From the NCBI GenBank assembly GCA_018303925.1, contig JAGVXF010000010.1:1-62824 (forward strand): 62,824 nt of DNA. The letters are read 5' to 3'. Both the position numbers and the translations under genes were made by a program. Shown one piece after another: positions 1-9,936 of the stretch (position 1 is its first letter; every line of letters starts with the position of its first letter). The stretch comes from Candidatus Pacearchaeota archaeon. GTDB taxonomy: Archaea; Nanobdellota; Nanobdellia; Pacearchaeales; GW2011-AR1. The notes below the pieces were generated by a model. It was not told the origin of the DNA, ran no database searches, and worked only from the letters and a program-made list of their open reading frames with translations.

Positions 1-65
1 AGCAGTTTTTGATTATATAAAAAATCAAGAGTTGCACCATTCATTTCATTGAAGACGAAAGGACG

Positions 66-85
66 CCGTGCCCTTTAGGGCACGG
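66..85. other. Isolated GC-rich hairpin CCGTGCCC-TTTA-GGGCACGG 3' of the nuclease gene. It may be a terminator or the edge of a structured repeat cut by the window start.
   Basis: Perfect 8-bp stem and 4-nt loop read directly. It is a GC island in AT-rich DNA. GTTGCAC at 31-37 is the reverse complement of the GTGCAAC motif recurring in the 44.9-53.5 kb repeat blocks. Confidence 0.4.
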
Positions 86-169
86 AGGATGTCACATTAT
101 AAATTGTTAATGATAAATTTTATTCCCCAAATATTTTGTGGCAACAGGAAAATTTTTTTCTGTATTTTT

Positions 170-1006
170 TTAATGTTTTTCGTTAATTTTTTCTTTTGAA
201 TTAACATCTGGTTTTATCCGCATTTCCAGAATTTCTTTTGGAATTGAATTACCCCATGCCTTGCAGTACTGTTTGTATTCGCACCAGTTGCAAAGAACCG
301 ATTTATTCGGCGGAAATTCTTTTGCTGATTCAATCTCATTTATCTGTCTTACAATTTCTTTTTTTAAATTTTCAAGCTGTTCATTTGTTCTCTTTGATAT
401 AATTTTTAGATTGTAATTTAAATAATGCCATACAAGAACAACTGGTTTTTCCTGCCCATAGGTCTCTTTAATTGCAATTGAGTATAGTGCAAGTTGCCTG
501 TCATTTTCGAATTTTTTGCGGTCCGGGAGAGTGTTTGCAGTCTTGTAATCATGAATTTCATATTCGTTTTTTTCTTTATTGTAAACTAATCTATCTATAT
601 AACCAATAACTTTGTGCGGAAAATTTTTTTCAAGATTTATCCATACTTTTTTTTCAGTTTCAAGGGTTCCGTCATCAAAAGGATGGTGTTTTGCATAGTA
701 ATCAACAAGAAATTTTATGCCTTTGTTAAAATAATCCTGTTTTGAGAGGTTATTTACAATTACAATTTCACCGGTATATTTCTCCTGCCAAACGAGAGAG
801 TATTTTTCAATCAATTCATCCATTTCAGGAACATGTTTTTGAAGAACATTCTTGTAAAGCCATTCAAGAGCATCGTGGACGCACTCGCCAAGATGGGCTT
901 CAACAGTTTTTTTGACAGGAGACGGAATTTTATCAAGATATTTAAGCTTGTATTGATATCTGCATTGTTCAAAAGCGGATATTCTTGAATGTGAATAAAG
1001 AGTCAT
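170..1006 (-). CDS. Cas4/RecB-like PD-(D/E)XK nuclease with a 4-Cys (Fe-S type) cluster; stand-alone, no cas genes nearby
   Basis: Motifs IDRLV, HDYKT (D/E-x-K) and RQLALY (QxxxY) are present. One N-terminal Cys (EQCRY) plus C-terminal CNWCEYKQYC gives the C...CxxCx5C pattern typical of Cas4/AddB nuclease domains. Confidence 0.7.
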   Translation of the reverse strand: MTLYSHSRISAFEQCRYQYKLKYLDKIPSPVKKTVEAHLGECVHDALEWLYKNVLQKHVPEMDELIEKYSLVWQEKYTGEIVIVNNLSKQDYFNKGIKFLVDYYAKHHPFDDGTLETEKKVWINLEKNFPHKVIGYIDRLVYNKEKNEYEIHDYKTANTLPDRKKFENDRQLALYSIAIKETYGQEKPVVLVWHYLNYNLKIISKRTNEQLENLKKEIVRQINEIESAKEFPPNKSVLCNWCEYKQYCKAWGNSIPKEILEMRIKPDVNSKEKINEKH

Positions 1007-1241
1007 GATTTGAAAAAAGAAAAAGGAGTTATAAAGTTTTCTTTTTAAAGTCGTTTTCTCGTCCCGTTTCGTCGTGTTCCAAACTCGTCCGTTCTTGTAA
1101 AGTGAAAATTTAATTGCATGTAACTATTTAGAGATTCCTCTATCTCTTAAATAACAAGAATCTTTATGAAATATCCCTTAGATCCTTTACTAATCTTTTC
1201 ATTCTTAATAAGATGGTCCAAAACTTTCCTGTCAAAATTGT

Positions 1242-1565
1242 TCATTTTTCTTTTAATAATCTTTCAAGTTTTCCTTTTATATTTCCCAGTTCCTCGCTTT
1301 TGAATTCTTTAAAAGTTCCGCTTTTTCCTCCGGGAATTTTTGAAGTAAGAATTAATTTTAAATTTTTATAGTCCGGAATCATTTTTTTAATTGTTTTACT
1401 TAAGGAATTTAATGCGGTTTTTTCCTCCAAAAATCCCCATGAGGTCCCGCCTCCTTCAAGATTGAAAGAATAGTTTAGTTTGTATCCTTTGTTATCTTCT
1501 TTACCTAAAAAGTCTTTTAATAAGTTAATGTAAAATTCTTGAGGAGAATTGCTGTAATTTTCCAT
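1242..1565 (-). CDS. Hypothetical protein
   Basis: Clean 107-codon ORF abutting the next gene; no recognisable motif. Confidence 0.4.
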   Translation of the reverse strand: MENYSNSPQEFYINLLKDFLGKEDNKGYKLNYSFNLEGGGTSWGFLEEKTALNSLSKTIKKMIPDYKNLKLILTSKIPGGKSGTFKEFKSEELGNIKGKLERLLKEK

Positions 1566-1567
1566 CC

Positions 1568-2503
1568 TTAATTGTCTTCACTTTCTTCAGGAGTGTCACG
1601 AGCCAAAAATTCCCACCAAGGACCTTTCATCCTTATTATTTCTCCCGTTTCAGCATCAATTTCCGACCTTATATCTTCCCAGGTTTTAAATAAAAAGAAT
1701 AACCTTGCCTTTTTTTTAACTTCAACAAGATATTTCCCGTCTTCGGTTAGATTAAGAGTTTCATTTTCAAGATGAGCTCTTATTTTTTCTTTAATTCTTT
1801 CCATTGCTTCATCGGGGAGAATTATTCTTTTTGTTTCATTGTTTTTGAAAACGCCATAAATCTCATCATTGTTTTTGTATAAAGTTACTTTTGTTGATGC
1901 ATTTACATCCTTTACCTGAACTATCACATTTCCTGAACTTCCGGCGTGAATTGTGAGAATTCTTGATCCGTTTTCAAACCAACATTTTATCGCCAAACCC
2001 CCTCTTTCACAATTTTCAGGAAGGGATTCAGATTCCATTCTTAGTCTGTGCTCAGCTTTTATAATCCTTGCTCTCTCGAATTCTGAAAGGTTTACTTTTT
2101 CTTTTAGTTCAAAATTTCTTTTAAGTTCTATCTTTGAAAGTTCTATTAATTTTCCAACCTGGCAGGTACTTGCCATGTCTGTTCTAAGGCGCCCTTCAAA
2201 TTCAACTCTTAAGCCATCTTTTTTGAATTCGGTTCTTAAGTCTATAGGTTCATAACCTTTTCCATCTTCAACTAAGATTACCCAGCATCCTCCCTCTATG
2301 TTGAGATGTTTTATTATTCCATGTCCTTCTATTTCTGTTTCATTTTCATCATTATTACTATTAATTGAACCATTAATGGAAGAACTTCCTGCTCCATTAT
2401 TTTCAGATTCATTGTCAGCAAGGATAAAAGAACTATAAATTAAGATTATCCCCAAGCTTAAGATAAACGATAAAATTATCATCTTTTTGTTCATATTTTC
2501 CAT
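1568..2503 (-). CDS. Secreted or membrane-anchored hypothetical protein
   Basis: N-terminal hydrophobic segment (MIILSFILSLGIILIYSSFIL) followed by a Ser/Asn-rich linker. Tightly packed with the downstream ORF. Confidence 0.5.
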   Translation of the reverse strand: MENMNKKMIILSFILSLGIILIYSSFILADNESENNGAGSSSINGSINSNNDENETEIEGHGIIKHLNIEGGCWVILVEDGKGYEPIDLRTEFKKDGLRVEFEGRLRTDMASTCQVGKLIELSKIELKRNFELKEKVNLSEFERARIIKAEHRLRMESESLPENCERGGLAIKCWFENGSRILTIHAGSSGNVIVQVKDVNASTKVTLYKNNDEIYGVFKNNETKRIILPDEAMERIKEKIRAHLENETLNLTEDGKYLVEVKKKARLFFLFKTWEDIRSEIDAETGEIIRMKGPWWEFLARDTPEESEDN

Positions 2504-2610
2504 TTTTATTATAAGGAAGGGGTTTTTTTAAAGGTGATGGATTTGACTTTGATTGCTTCAAAATATTTTTTTAATAAACCCAGAAAGTTGCATGATTGTG
2601 TATTCCTATT

Positions 2611-3813
2611 TTACCTGACAATTTCACCAAAACCAATAAGTCTCCAGTGTCCGTTTATGTTTCTTGCTATTCCGACATTGTCTTTGGTTATTCCGATTAT
2701 TGGGATATTAAGATTCATTTCAACAATGTCCCCTGAGATTTTTTCAACTGTTCCGACTGTGATTGTGGTGTTTACAGAAAGCATCAACATTTCTTTTGTT
2801 TTTAACTCGGTCACCTTATCTTTGGTTTCCTTTCCTAAAACTTCTTTGAAAAGTTCAGCCTTTATTTTTACTTTTGACATTATATCTGGAAGGTTTCCTT
2901 TTGTTGAGGCAACTGACCCAGTCAAGGAGTCGGTTTTTGTCATAAAGGGATCAAGTTCCGTTTCAATTGAGATGCTTGCTCCCGGGAATACTTCATTAAC
3001 CTTCAAATCTCCTTTTTGTATAGAAATTATTTTGGTTGTTACGGGTTCGTGAATGTACTGGTTGTTTCTTTTTATTGCAATACCCGGTTTTATTTCTATT
3101 TCTTCCCCGACTTTGAGATTTCCCTCTTTTAGAATCCCTCCAAGGATGCCACCGTGGATATTTTTGATTTCGGTTCCCGGTCTGTTAATGTCAAAACTTC
3201 TTGCGATAATGAAAATTGGTTTTTTTGTTTTGTCCCTTTCGGGAATCGGAATTTCCCAAAGTGCCTTTAAAAGTTTGCCGATGTTTACTCCCTGTTGTGC
3301 TGATATTGGGATTACTGGTGAATTTTCTGCTGTTGTTCCTTTCACAAATTCTTTTATTTCTTTGTAATTTTCAAGCGCTTTTTCTTTTGAAACAAGGTCA
3401 ATTTTGTTTTGGACTATTATAATGTTTTTTATTTTTTTTGCCTGAAGAGCCATAAAGTGCTCTTTTGTCTGGGGTTTTATTCCTTCATTAGCCGCGATAA
3501 CCAAAATTGCCGAGTCAATAATTGCTGCGCCCGAAAGCATTGTTGCCATGAGCATTTCATGTCCCGGTGAGTCTATAAAAGAAATGTACCTTACAGGTTT
3601 TCCTATTTTTTCGTTATTAAAGTTTCCGTTGTCGTCATAAATTATCATCTCGGCATAGCCGAGTTTTATTGTAATTCCTCGTTTAAGCTCTTCAGAATGT
3701 GTATCTGTGAACTTTCCCGTCAGCTTTGAAAGTAAGGTGGTCTTTCCGTGGTCAATATGTCCGACAACGCCAATGTTTAATTCAGGCAATTCTTTAACGC
3801 TTTCTTTGGTCAT
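2611..3813 (-). CDS. eif2g: Translation initiation factor aIF2 gamma subunit
   Basis: GTPase motifs GHIDHGKTTL, DSPGH and NKID. Full-length a/eIF2-gamma-like sequence of 400 aa. Confidence 0.95.
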   Translation of the reverse strand: MTKESVKELPELNIGVVGHIDHGKTTLLSKLTGKFTDTHSEELKRGITIKLGYAEMIIYDDNGNFNNEKIGKPVRYISFIDSPGHEMLMATMLSGAAIIDSAILVIAANEGIKPQTKEHFMALQAKKIKNIIIVQNKIDLVSKEKALENYKEIKEFVKGTTAENSPVIPISAQQGVNIGKLLKALWEIPIPERDKTKKPIFIIARSFDINRPGTEIKNIHGGILGGILKEGNLKVGEEIEIKPGIAIKRNNQYIHEPVTTKIISIQKGDLKVNEVFPGASISIETELDPFMTKTDSLTGSVASTKGNLPDIMSKVKIKAELFKEVLGKETKDKVTELKTKEMLMLSVNTTITVGTVEKISGDIVEMNLNIPIIGITKDNVGIARNINGHWRLIGFGEIVR

Positions 3814-3866
3814 AAAAAGTTTAGAAAAGAGGAGTTAAAAAAGGTTTCTGGGAAACTTTTTTTAAT

Positions 3867-4244
3867 TTAATCTGCACATCCATTTCCATTTGCATCTGGT
3901 GTGTATCGGATGTTGTTCAAATCTTCATTATTGAGCTCTTTTGTTCTTTTTATATATGCAGCCCAAGTCTCTTGATTATGGACAAATCCGTTCATCTCAC
4001 GTTCTTTTATGTAAGCATCCCAAAGCATTCCTGGGACTACATAATTTTCAATTCCTTTTGCATTCATAACCATATTGGGAGCTTTTTGATAATTTTCGTA
4101 AATTTTTTTTCCTCCGGAGTAAAGTGCCCCAATGGTGATTATTCCTATCGCTGTGATTCCTATTTTCCTCAAAAGTTCCGACATTTTAGGCTCTTTTGAA
4201 AGCGTGTAGCTTGGTTTTCCTACGTTATATTTTTTGCTTTTCAT
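3867..4244 (-). CDS. Hypothetical single-pass membrane protein
   Basis: One TM segment (ITAIGIITIGALY); no known motif. Confidence 0.45.
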   Translation of the reverse strand: MKSKKYNVGKPSYTLSKEPKMSELLRKIGITAIGIITIGALYSGGKKIYENYQKAPNMVMNAKGIENYVVPGMLWDAYIKEREMNGFVHNQETWAAYIKRTKELNNEDLNNIRYTPDANGNGCAD

Positions 4245-4534
4245 TTAGTTTTTTCCTCCTTTATTCTGAAGTTAGCGGGATGATACCCCCTTTTTAGTTG
4301 AAAGTAATACAAATCAGGGGTATATAAATCTTTTGATATGTTGTTTCTTTAAAAGGGTAACAAAATAATTTTATAAACTTCTGCTGTCATTTTCCGATAT
4401 GGGAAGACTATTTTTCCTTGATATCTGGGAGAAGGAGAATCGGGCCGAAATATTAATAAATTTATTTGGTTTGAAAGTTTTGCAGGAACAATTGATGAAT
4501 TCAAAAGTTTTGGATAATTCTTTATAAAAAGAAA

Positions 4535-4987
4535 TTATTGGGTTATGGTTTCTGTAGGTTTTTCAGCTGGTTTTTCGACCGGCGCAAAAATTTCAGCGAG
4601 AGGTCTTTTTCCTTCTTTAACAACTTTCAAATTAATTTGAACAATAGACTCGGAAATAACTTTTCCCCTTACTTTTTTCCTTAATCTCAATCCTTTTGGT
4701 TTTTTGTCTTTTGCGGGTTTTTTTCCCTCTCTTCGTGGTTTTTTGTGCATGCCTTTTCCGTATGTTAATAAAACTCCCCTGAGGACTTGACCCGGGACTT
4801 CTTTTAGGGATGGAAATCCCGCGTTGTCTGAAGTGCCAGTTATCTCAAATTCATATCCTTCAAGGTCGTTTTTGATTTCTTTTCCGTCTATTTTGTCGCC
4901 GAGTTCTTTGTCAATTAATCCCGGTGCATTTGCTTCAAGTTTGTAAGTTTTTCCTGATTTTTCTCCGATGTTAATTTTGAATGCCAT
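4535..4987 (-). CDS. rps6e: Ribosomal protein S6e
   Basis: MAFKINIG...GYEFEITGTSDNAGFP...RRKKVRG pattern typical of eS6, with a basic C-terminal half. Confidence 0.9.
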   Translation of the reverse strand: MAFKINIGEKSGKTYKLEANAPGLIDKELGDKIDGKEIKNDLEGYEFEITGTSDNAGFPSLKEVPGQVLRGVLLTYGKGMHKKPRREGKKPAKDKKPKGLRLRKKVRGKVISESIVQINLKVVKEGKRPLAEIFAPVEKPAEKPTETITQ

Positions 4988-5103
4988 GGAGTATTTTATA
5001 GAAGTTCATTTATAAAGATTTTGTTGAGGGTTGGTCAGAAATTAAATTTACCACATAGAAATTAATAAAATTGATTATAAATTATTTTTAACTTCTTTTT
5101 TTT

Positions 5104-5337
5104 ATGAATTTAGGAGATTTATTTAAAGGAGGGATAAAATTTTATTGTGGGGGCTGCAGAAATGAAATTGAAAATTTAGCAACTCTAAACAGGGTTCTTT
5201 ACAATTTAATTTATGATCCTGTAACCGGAAAAATATATCACAATTCCCTTTGCAGACTTATGGACAAAGAAAGCACTAAAGGAAAAGTAATTTATGTAAG
5301 ATATAAGTCACTTGAGAAGATGATTAAGAACAAATAA
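5104..5337 (+). CDS. Small Cys-motif (zinc-finger-like) protein, paralog of the next ORF
   Basis: CGGC...(about 25 aa)...GKIYHNSLC. The next ORF carries the same motif arrangement. Confidence 0.45.
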   Translation: MNLGDLFKGGIKFYCGGCRNEIENLATLNRVLYNLIYDPVTGKIYHNSLCRLMDKESTKGKVIYVRYKSLEKMIKNK

Positions 5338-5365
5338 ACTTCTTAATCACAATAATTTTTATAAA

Positions 5366-5704
5366 ATGAAGATTAATCCTCTTTTAATGGGATGGTATGA
5401 AATTTTTTCTTTTTTTAAGAAGGGCAAAAAAGATAAACTTTATTGCAATTATCCAGAATGTGGGCAGGAAATTACAACCCCTGAAGTTTTATACAACAAA
5501 ATGAAAGGGGAGATTTATCACAACAATTCTGCCTGTGAAGAGTTTTCTGAAGTAATGAGAGTTTCAAAATCCAAGGGAAAAATAAAAATCGGGGAAAATA
5601 GGGTAGCAGAAATAATCTCACGCGAAGAAGCTCTGAGTCTTTTAAGGAAAGGAAATCTTAAGCAGTCATCAGAACTTGAAAAAAAGGTTGAACAGTTGTT
5701 TTAA
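5366..5704 (+). CDS. Small Cys-motif (zinc-finger-like) protein, paralog of the previous ORF
   Basis: CNYPEC...GEIYHNNSAC; tandem duplicate architecture. Confidence 0.45.
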   Translation: MKINPLLMGWYEIFSFFKKGKKDKLYCNYPECGQEITTPEVLYNKMKGEIYHNNSACEEFSEVMRVSKSKGKIKIGENRVAEIISREEALSLLRKGNLKQSSELEKKVEQLF

Positions 5705-5851
5705 TTATGAAAAGATAACAAAATATAAAAATTTATAAAGTTCAGACAGATAAAATTTGTATGAAAGCAAAGTTTAAAGGAATTCCTTTAATAGAAATGC
5801 CAAAAAATATTCCTAGTTATAACTTTTTAACCGGAGATTTTTGGAGAAGAA

Positions 5852-6517
5852 GTGCTTAAAGAATATAACTCAATTGTAAAAGAAGACTATAAAAACAATT
5901 CTAATCTGAAAGTTTTGGATTTTATCGGGGGCGTTGTAAAAGGCTCAAACACTTATTCAGTTTTTCTCATGAATAAAATTCTATCTAAAGAAAATTTAAG
6001 GACAGCAACATTAACAGACATTCAAAAAATAATTGATAAAGATGAGACTTTTTTAAGGGGTTTTTATACTGATTTGGGAATGATTTTAAGAACAAAGGAG
6101 AATCCAAATCAATATTTAGCTAATAAACTTGGTAAAGAAGCAAAAGAAAGGGGATACAACTTTTCAAATGAATCTCCTTTAATTTTCAAGCTTTCTGACC
6201 TGGAATTGGTTGTTGACGGTGATTCCCCTTTCCGCGGATTAGGGTTTATTATAAAAGAGTCCGCTTCTCCTTTTAATGCTTCAGAATTAAGCAATAAAAA
6301 TGGGAATAAGAAATTTAAGACGGTTAATAAGAAGGGAATTCCAATTTTTGACAATGAAGGAAATAGACTTTTTTATACAAGAGATAATGGTTTGGCAGGG
6401 TGTTGCTTGACTAAGTACTCGAACGTGGACTCTTATTGTTTGGGCTTGTCCGACTCAAATGACTATGGTCGGGTGGTGATCGTTTATGACGCCGAAGGCG
6501 TTGCGCCGAAAAAATAA
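5852..6517 (+). CDS. Hypothetical protein
   Basis: 221-codon ORF with a GTG start in the track. A 33-codon ATG ORF (5761-5859) overlaps out of frame, so the 5' end is uncertain. Confidence 0.4.
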   Translation: MLKEYNSIVKEDYKNNSNLKVLDFIGGVVKGSNTYSVFLMNKILSKENLRTATLTDIQKIIDKDETFLRGFYTDLGMILRTKENPNQYLANKLGKEAKERGYNFSNESPLIFKLSDLELVVDGDSPFRGLGFIIKESASPFNASELSNKNGNKKFKTVNKKGIPIFDNEGNRLFYTRDNGLAGCCLTKYSNVDSYCLGLSDSNDYGRVVIVYDAEGVAPKK

Positions 6518-6603
6518 GGTTTTGCTCCTTGGTAGGGAATGAGAATAATCTTCTTTTAATTTATGCAAAGATTTTTAATTGAAGGTGTTTAATTTATATA
6601 ATA

Positions 6604-8217
6604 ATGAATAAAAAAAATTACGGCAAGGGAAATAAAAATTTCAACAAATCTGCCGGCAGAATTGAAGCAAAAAAAATTTTAATAGAAAATATTGATTTAA
6701 ATTCAAAGGGAAGTGTTTTTGTAACGGGAGTTGTGAACAGAGTTGTACAGACGGGGGGACCCACGATTTTTGTGGTAAATGACGGGACAGGAAGTTTGTC
6801 TCTTAAAGGTTTTATTGGTCCGGGTCTTCGTGCTTATCCGGAAATAAAGGAAGATGATGCAGTGAAGGCAGTTGTCTCAATAAATGAATATCAGGGTGAA
6901 CTTGAGGGGGAAATAAGTTCAATTAAAAAACTTCCTGAAAATGAAAAAAAAGAGTTTTTGAAAAGTTTGATGGAACTTGAAAAAGAAAGGGCAAAAGTAA
7001 CCCCCCCCGAATTTTTAGTAAAAAGCCATATTCTTGATAAACTTAGAAATAGATTTATAGAAGCTGCAACACAGGTTCGTCTTGCGATAATTCAGGACAG
7101 GCCAATAATTGTAAGGCACCACAACGATGCCGACGGATACTCTTCGGGTTTTTCACTTGAAAGGGCGATACTTCCTCTGATTGAAAAACAGCACAGTTCA
7201 GTTAAAGCACCTTGGGAATTTTTTTTAAGGGCTCCTTCGCAGGCACCTTTTTATGAGATTGATGATTCAATTAGAGACATGGCAAATTCATTAAGGAATG
7301 TTGCAAAATTTTCAAACAAAATGCCTTTAATTATAATTGCGGACAATGGTTCAACCCCCGAAGACCTTATGGGAATAAAACAGGGAAAAGTCCACGGTGC
7401 CGATTTTATTGTGGTTGACCATCATGCATATGACAAAGATGTTGTTAGTCCTGAAGTGATGGTTCATATAAACCCCTTTCTCGTTGGTGAAGACGGCTCA
7501 CATTTTTCAGCAGGAATGCTTTGTACGGAATTTGCGAGGTTTATAAATCCGGATGTAAAAAATATAAATCAAATACCTGCAATGGCCGGTTTTGCAGACA
7601 GAATTGACCTTGGAAACCCTGATGTTATGGAAAAGTATCTAAATATTGCACAAAAAGAGGGGTATTCGCGGGAACTTTTATCAGATATTGCCTTGGTGAT
7701 AGATTATGTTTCAGCAAAAGTAAGGTTTATGGAAGCAAGGGAATACATTGAAGTTTTGTTCGGGGAGCCAAGGGGGAGGCAAAGAGAGCTTGTTTCTTTG
7801 ATGGCCCCATATATAAAAGAGCTTGATAAAAAAGGGCTTTTTATAGGGAAAAGCAATGCAAAACAAGAAAAAATAGGAAAGGTCGTTTTGCAGACAATTA
7901 AAATTGAAGAAACTTTTCCGGGGTTTGGATTTTTCCCTAAACCTGGAAGAGCTGTCGGGCTTGTCCATGATGATTACCAGAGAGAGAAAAATGTGACTGC
8001 ACTTGTCACAGCAGGAATAATGGCTACAGCAATGACTATAAGGGCAACCAATGAAGCAAACTTTTCATTTCATGAACTTTTGAACTTTCTGAATGAAAAG
8101 CTTCCCGATGCATTTGTCTCGGGAGGTGGCCACAAAAATGCAGGTTCTCTTAATTTTCTTCCTTATAAAAAAGAGGAAGTTGTAAATCTATTGAAAGAAT
8201 TCTTGAAAAGCCGGTGA
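6604..8217 (+). CDS. RecJ/GAN (Cdc45-like) DHH-family nuclease with an N-terminal OB-fold-like domain
   Basis: DHH motifs HHNDADGYSSG and VVDHHAYD, plus the DHHA1 motif GGGHKNAG near the C-terminus. Confidence 0.8.
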   Translation: MNKKNYGKGNKNFNKSAGRIEAKKILIENIDLNSKGSVFVTGVVNRVVQTGGPTIFVVNDGTGSLSLKGFIGPGLRAYPEIKEDDAVKAVVSINEYQGELEGEISSIKKLPENEKKEFLKSLMELEKERAKVTPPEFLVKSHILDKLRNRFIEAATQVRLAIIQDRPIIVRHHNDADGYSSGFSLERAILPLIEKQHSSVKAPWEFFLRAPSQAPFYEIDDSIRDMANSLRNVAKFSNKMPLIIIADNGSTPEDLMGIKQGKVHGADFIVVDHHAYDKDVVSPEVMVHINPFLVGEDGSHFSAGMLCTEFARFINPDVKNINQIPAMAGFADRIDLGNPDVMEKYLNIAQKEGYSRELLSDIALVIDYVSAKVRFMEAREYIEVLFGEPRGRQRELVSLMAPYIKELDKKGLFIGKSNAKQEKIGKVVLQTIKIEETFPGFGFFPKPGRAVGLVHDDYQREKNVTALVTAGIMATAMTIRATNEANFSFHELLNFLNEKLPDAFVSGGGHKNAGSLNFLPYKKEEVVNLLKEFLKSR

Positions 8218-8284
8218 ACAATGAATTCAAAAGGTTAAATCAATTTTTAATATAATTTTTCTTTATACATTCTAAATTGGATTG

Positions 8285-9835
8285 TTAAGGATGATAAATT
8301 CTAATTTTTGGGTCTCCAATATAAACTCCTTTCCAATTAATATAATAGCTTCCCATATACATGCTTTCTCCGGCAGTATAGCCTGAAGCATATCTATCTA
8401 TTACTATTTCAGGGTGGCTTATGGAGTTACTACCTGGCTCATGGACATAACCTTTAACGAAAGACATTCCTCCAGTAACCAAATCTGAAACCAAGGACTG
8501 ATCTATGCCTACATCAGGCGAATAGTATGAAGCTACAGGATTAAAAGTTCTGCCCGAGGTTGAAACTGCAGTGTCTCCAATACTTCCGTGATTGAATGTT
8601 AAATTCCATTGAGAACTATTTGCCGTTGGTGCATTAGCATCATTGCTTCCAAAGGAATAGTATCCCATTAAGTTGTTGAGATTTATTTGGAAGGTCGTAG
8701 TATTATCCAATATGGTTGAGAAACCTTTTCCTTTAAGTATGCTATTTGCAAGTTCAAGATGGGCATCAAATGACACATAAAAAGGTGTTGCATTGTTCGA
8801 AATTTGTTTATCAAGAAGGAAATCTCCTTCTGTAGGGTAAAGCGATGATGGACCCATCGCATTGATAACATCTTGGGCAGTATAACCGTCAAGTCTTGCA
8901 ACCATATAAATATCGTAATGGGATTTATTTACAGGTCCCGTTTTTAAATATACGGGATTTGTTCTTCCCCAGAATGAGGAAGCACCGCATCCGCCCCACA
9001 ACTGCCCTTCTATGAAATAACTATATTTTGATAGGATGATTGTTAAAAGCGAGTCGACGGCCTTGCATGCTCCACTGCTATCCATTCTTAAAGGAATTCC
9101 CTTTGTAAGAACAATATAATTTGTTGAATTTGTTAAATTATTTTGTATGAGGTATTTTTCTATGGGCTGTCTTATTGTTGTGTTAAAAACTGTGTAAGAT
9201 ATTTTTTCATCAGTTGTAATTGAAAGGTTTAATTGTGGCATTGGTCCCCGAGTTTTAATGTAATAATTTGAAATTTCTATTGATTCTTGACTATTGAGAT
9301 TCGTGACCAATAGGACATCTGAGTAATTTAATTCTTTAGGTTTTTCCTTAGGTTTTTTTATAAGCGTTATGTTTTTTATTTGATACTCGGAGGAGGGAAT
9401 TGAAGAAGAAATCTCTTTTCCGTTGCTTTCGGTGTAAATGGGGATAATTGAAATTTTTTTTAGCAGATCCACATTTATTTGGTCTCTACTTAAATTCAAG
9501 GTGAATGTTTTTTCTCCAATTTCTGAAAATCCTTCTGGAATTTGGACTCTAATTAATTCGGAATGAAATTCATCTTCAAAAAGAAAATCAATTGAAGTTA
9601 TATTTATGTTTTCTGTTCCCACATTATTTCTTATTTTTATTGAGGCAGAATTTTCTGAAGAATCGACCATTACTGATTTTATAACCAGGTTTACTAAAAA
9701 ATCTTGAGTTGAAATGGAACTTTCGGAATTTTCAAGAAGCGTTTTTATAGGATTCCATAAAACTCCTGCTGCTGTCACGACCAATAAGACTATCACGATA
9801 CTTGAAACCACTGTGGATAAACCTCTCTTTTTCAT
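8285..9835 (-). CDS. Large surface protein with an archaeal class III (type IV pilin-like) signal peptide
   Basis: N-terminus MKKRGLSTVVSSIVIVLLVV matches the prepilin-type KGLS plus hydrophobic helix pattern. The rest has no recognised domain. Confidence 0.6.
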   Translation of the reverse strand: MKKRGLSTVVSSIVIVLLVVTAAGVLWNPIKTLLENSESSISTQDFLVNLVIKSVMVDSSENSASIKIRNNVGTENINITSIDFLFEDEFHSELIRVQIPEGFSEIGEKTFTLNLSRDQINVDLLKKISIIPIYTESNGKEISSSIPSSEYQIKNITLIKKPKEKPKELNYSDVLLVTNLNSQESIEISNYYIKTRGPMPQLNLSITTDEKISYTVFNTTIRQPIEKYLIQNNLTNSTNYIVLTKGIPLRMDSSGACKAVDSLLTIILSKYSYFIEGQLWGGCGASSFWGRTNPVYLKTGPVNKSHYDIYMVARLDGYTAQDVINAMGPSSLYPTEGDFLLDKQISNNATPFYVSFDAHLELANSILKGKGFSTILDNTTTFQINLNNLMGYYSFGSNDANAPTANSSQWNLTFNHGSIGDTAVSTSGRTFNPVASYYSPDVGIDQSLVSDLVTGGMSFVKGYVHEPGSNSISHPEIVIDRYASGYTAGESMYMGSYYINWKGVYIGDPKIRIYHP

Positions 9836-9936
9836 TTTCTCTTTAAGAGGAGTTTGTTTTTATATTTTATTGTGGTTTGGACTTTTTAATTATTGGGAAC
9901 CCTCATATTTAAATAAGATATTTTCTTTTTTGAATC

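Noticed and set aside
2534-3422. Plus-strand ORFs antisense to aIF2-gamma. The same applies to other antisense ORFs, such as 15859-16602 and 17119-17358 opposite aIF5B, 37188-37733 opposite GluRS, 47098-47490 opposite the methyltransferase and 42790-43539 opposite nrdJ.
   Set aside because: They lie entirely inside well-supported conserved genes on the other strand. They have Ser/Phe/Leu/Ile-rich, low-complexity translations typical of antisense frames in AT-rich DNA.
4245-4534. C/D-box sRNA in the intergenic region (GGGATGATACCCC and a nearby CTGA)
   Set aside because: There is no exact RUGAUGA C box and no correctly spaced C'/D' and D boxes. I found no convincing C/D sRNA anywhere in the window.
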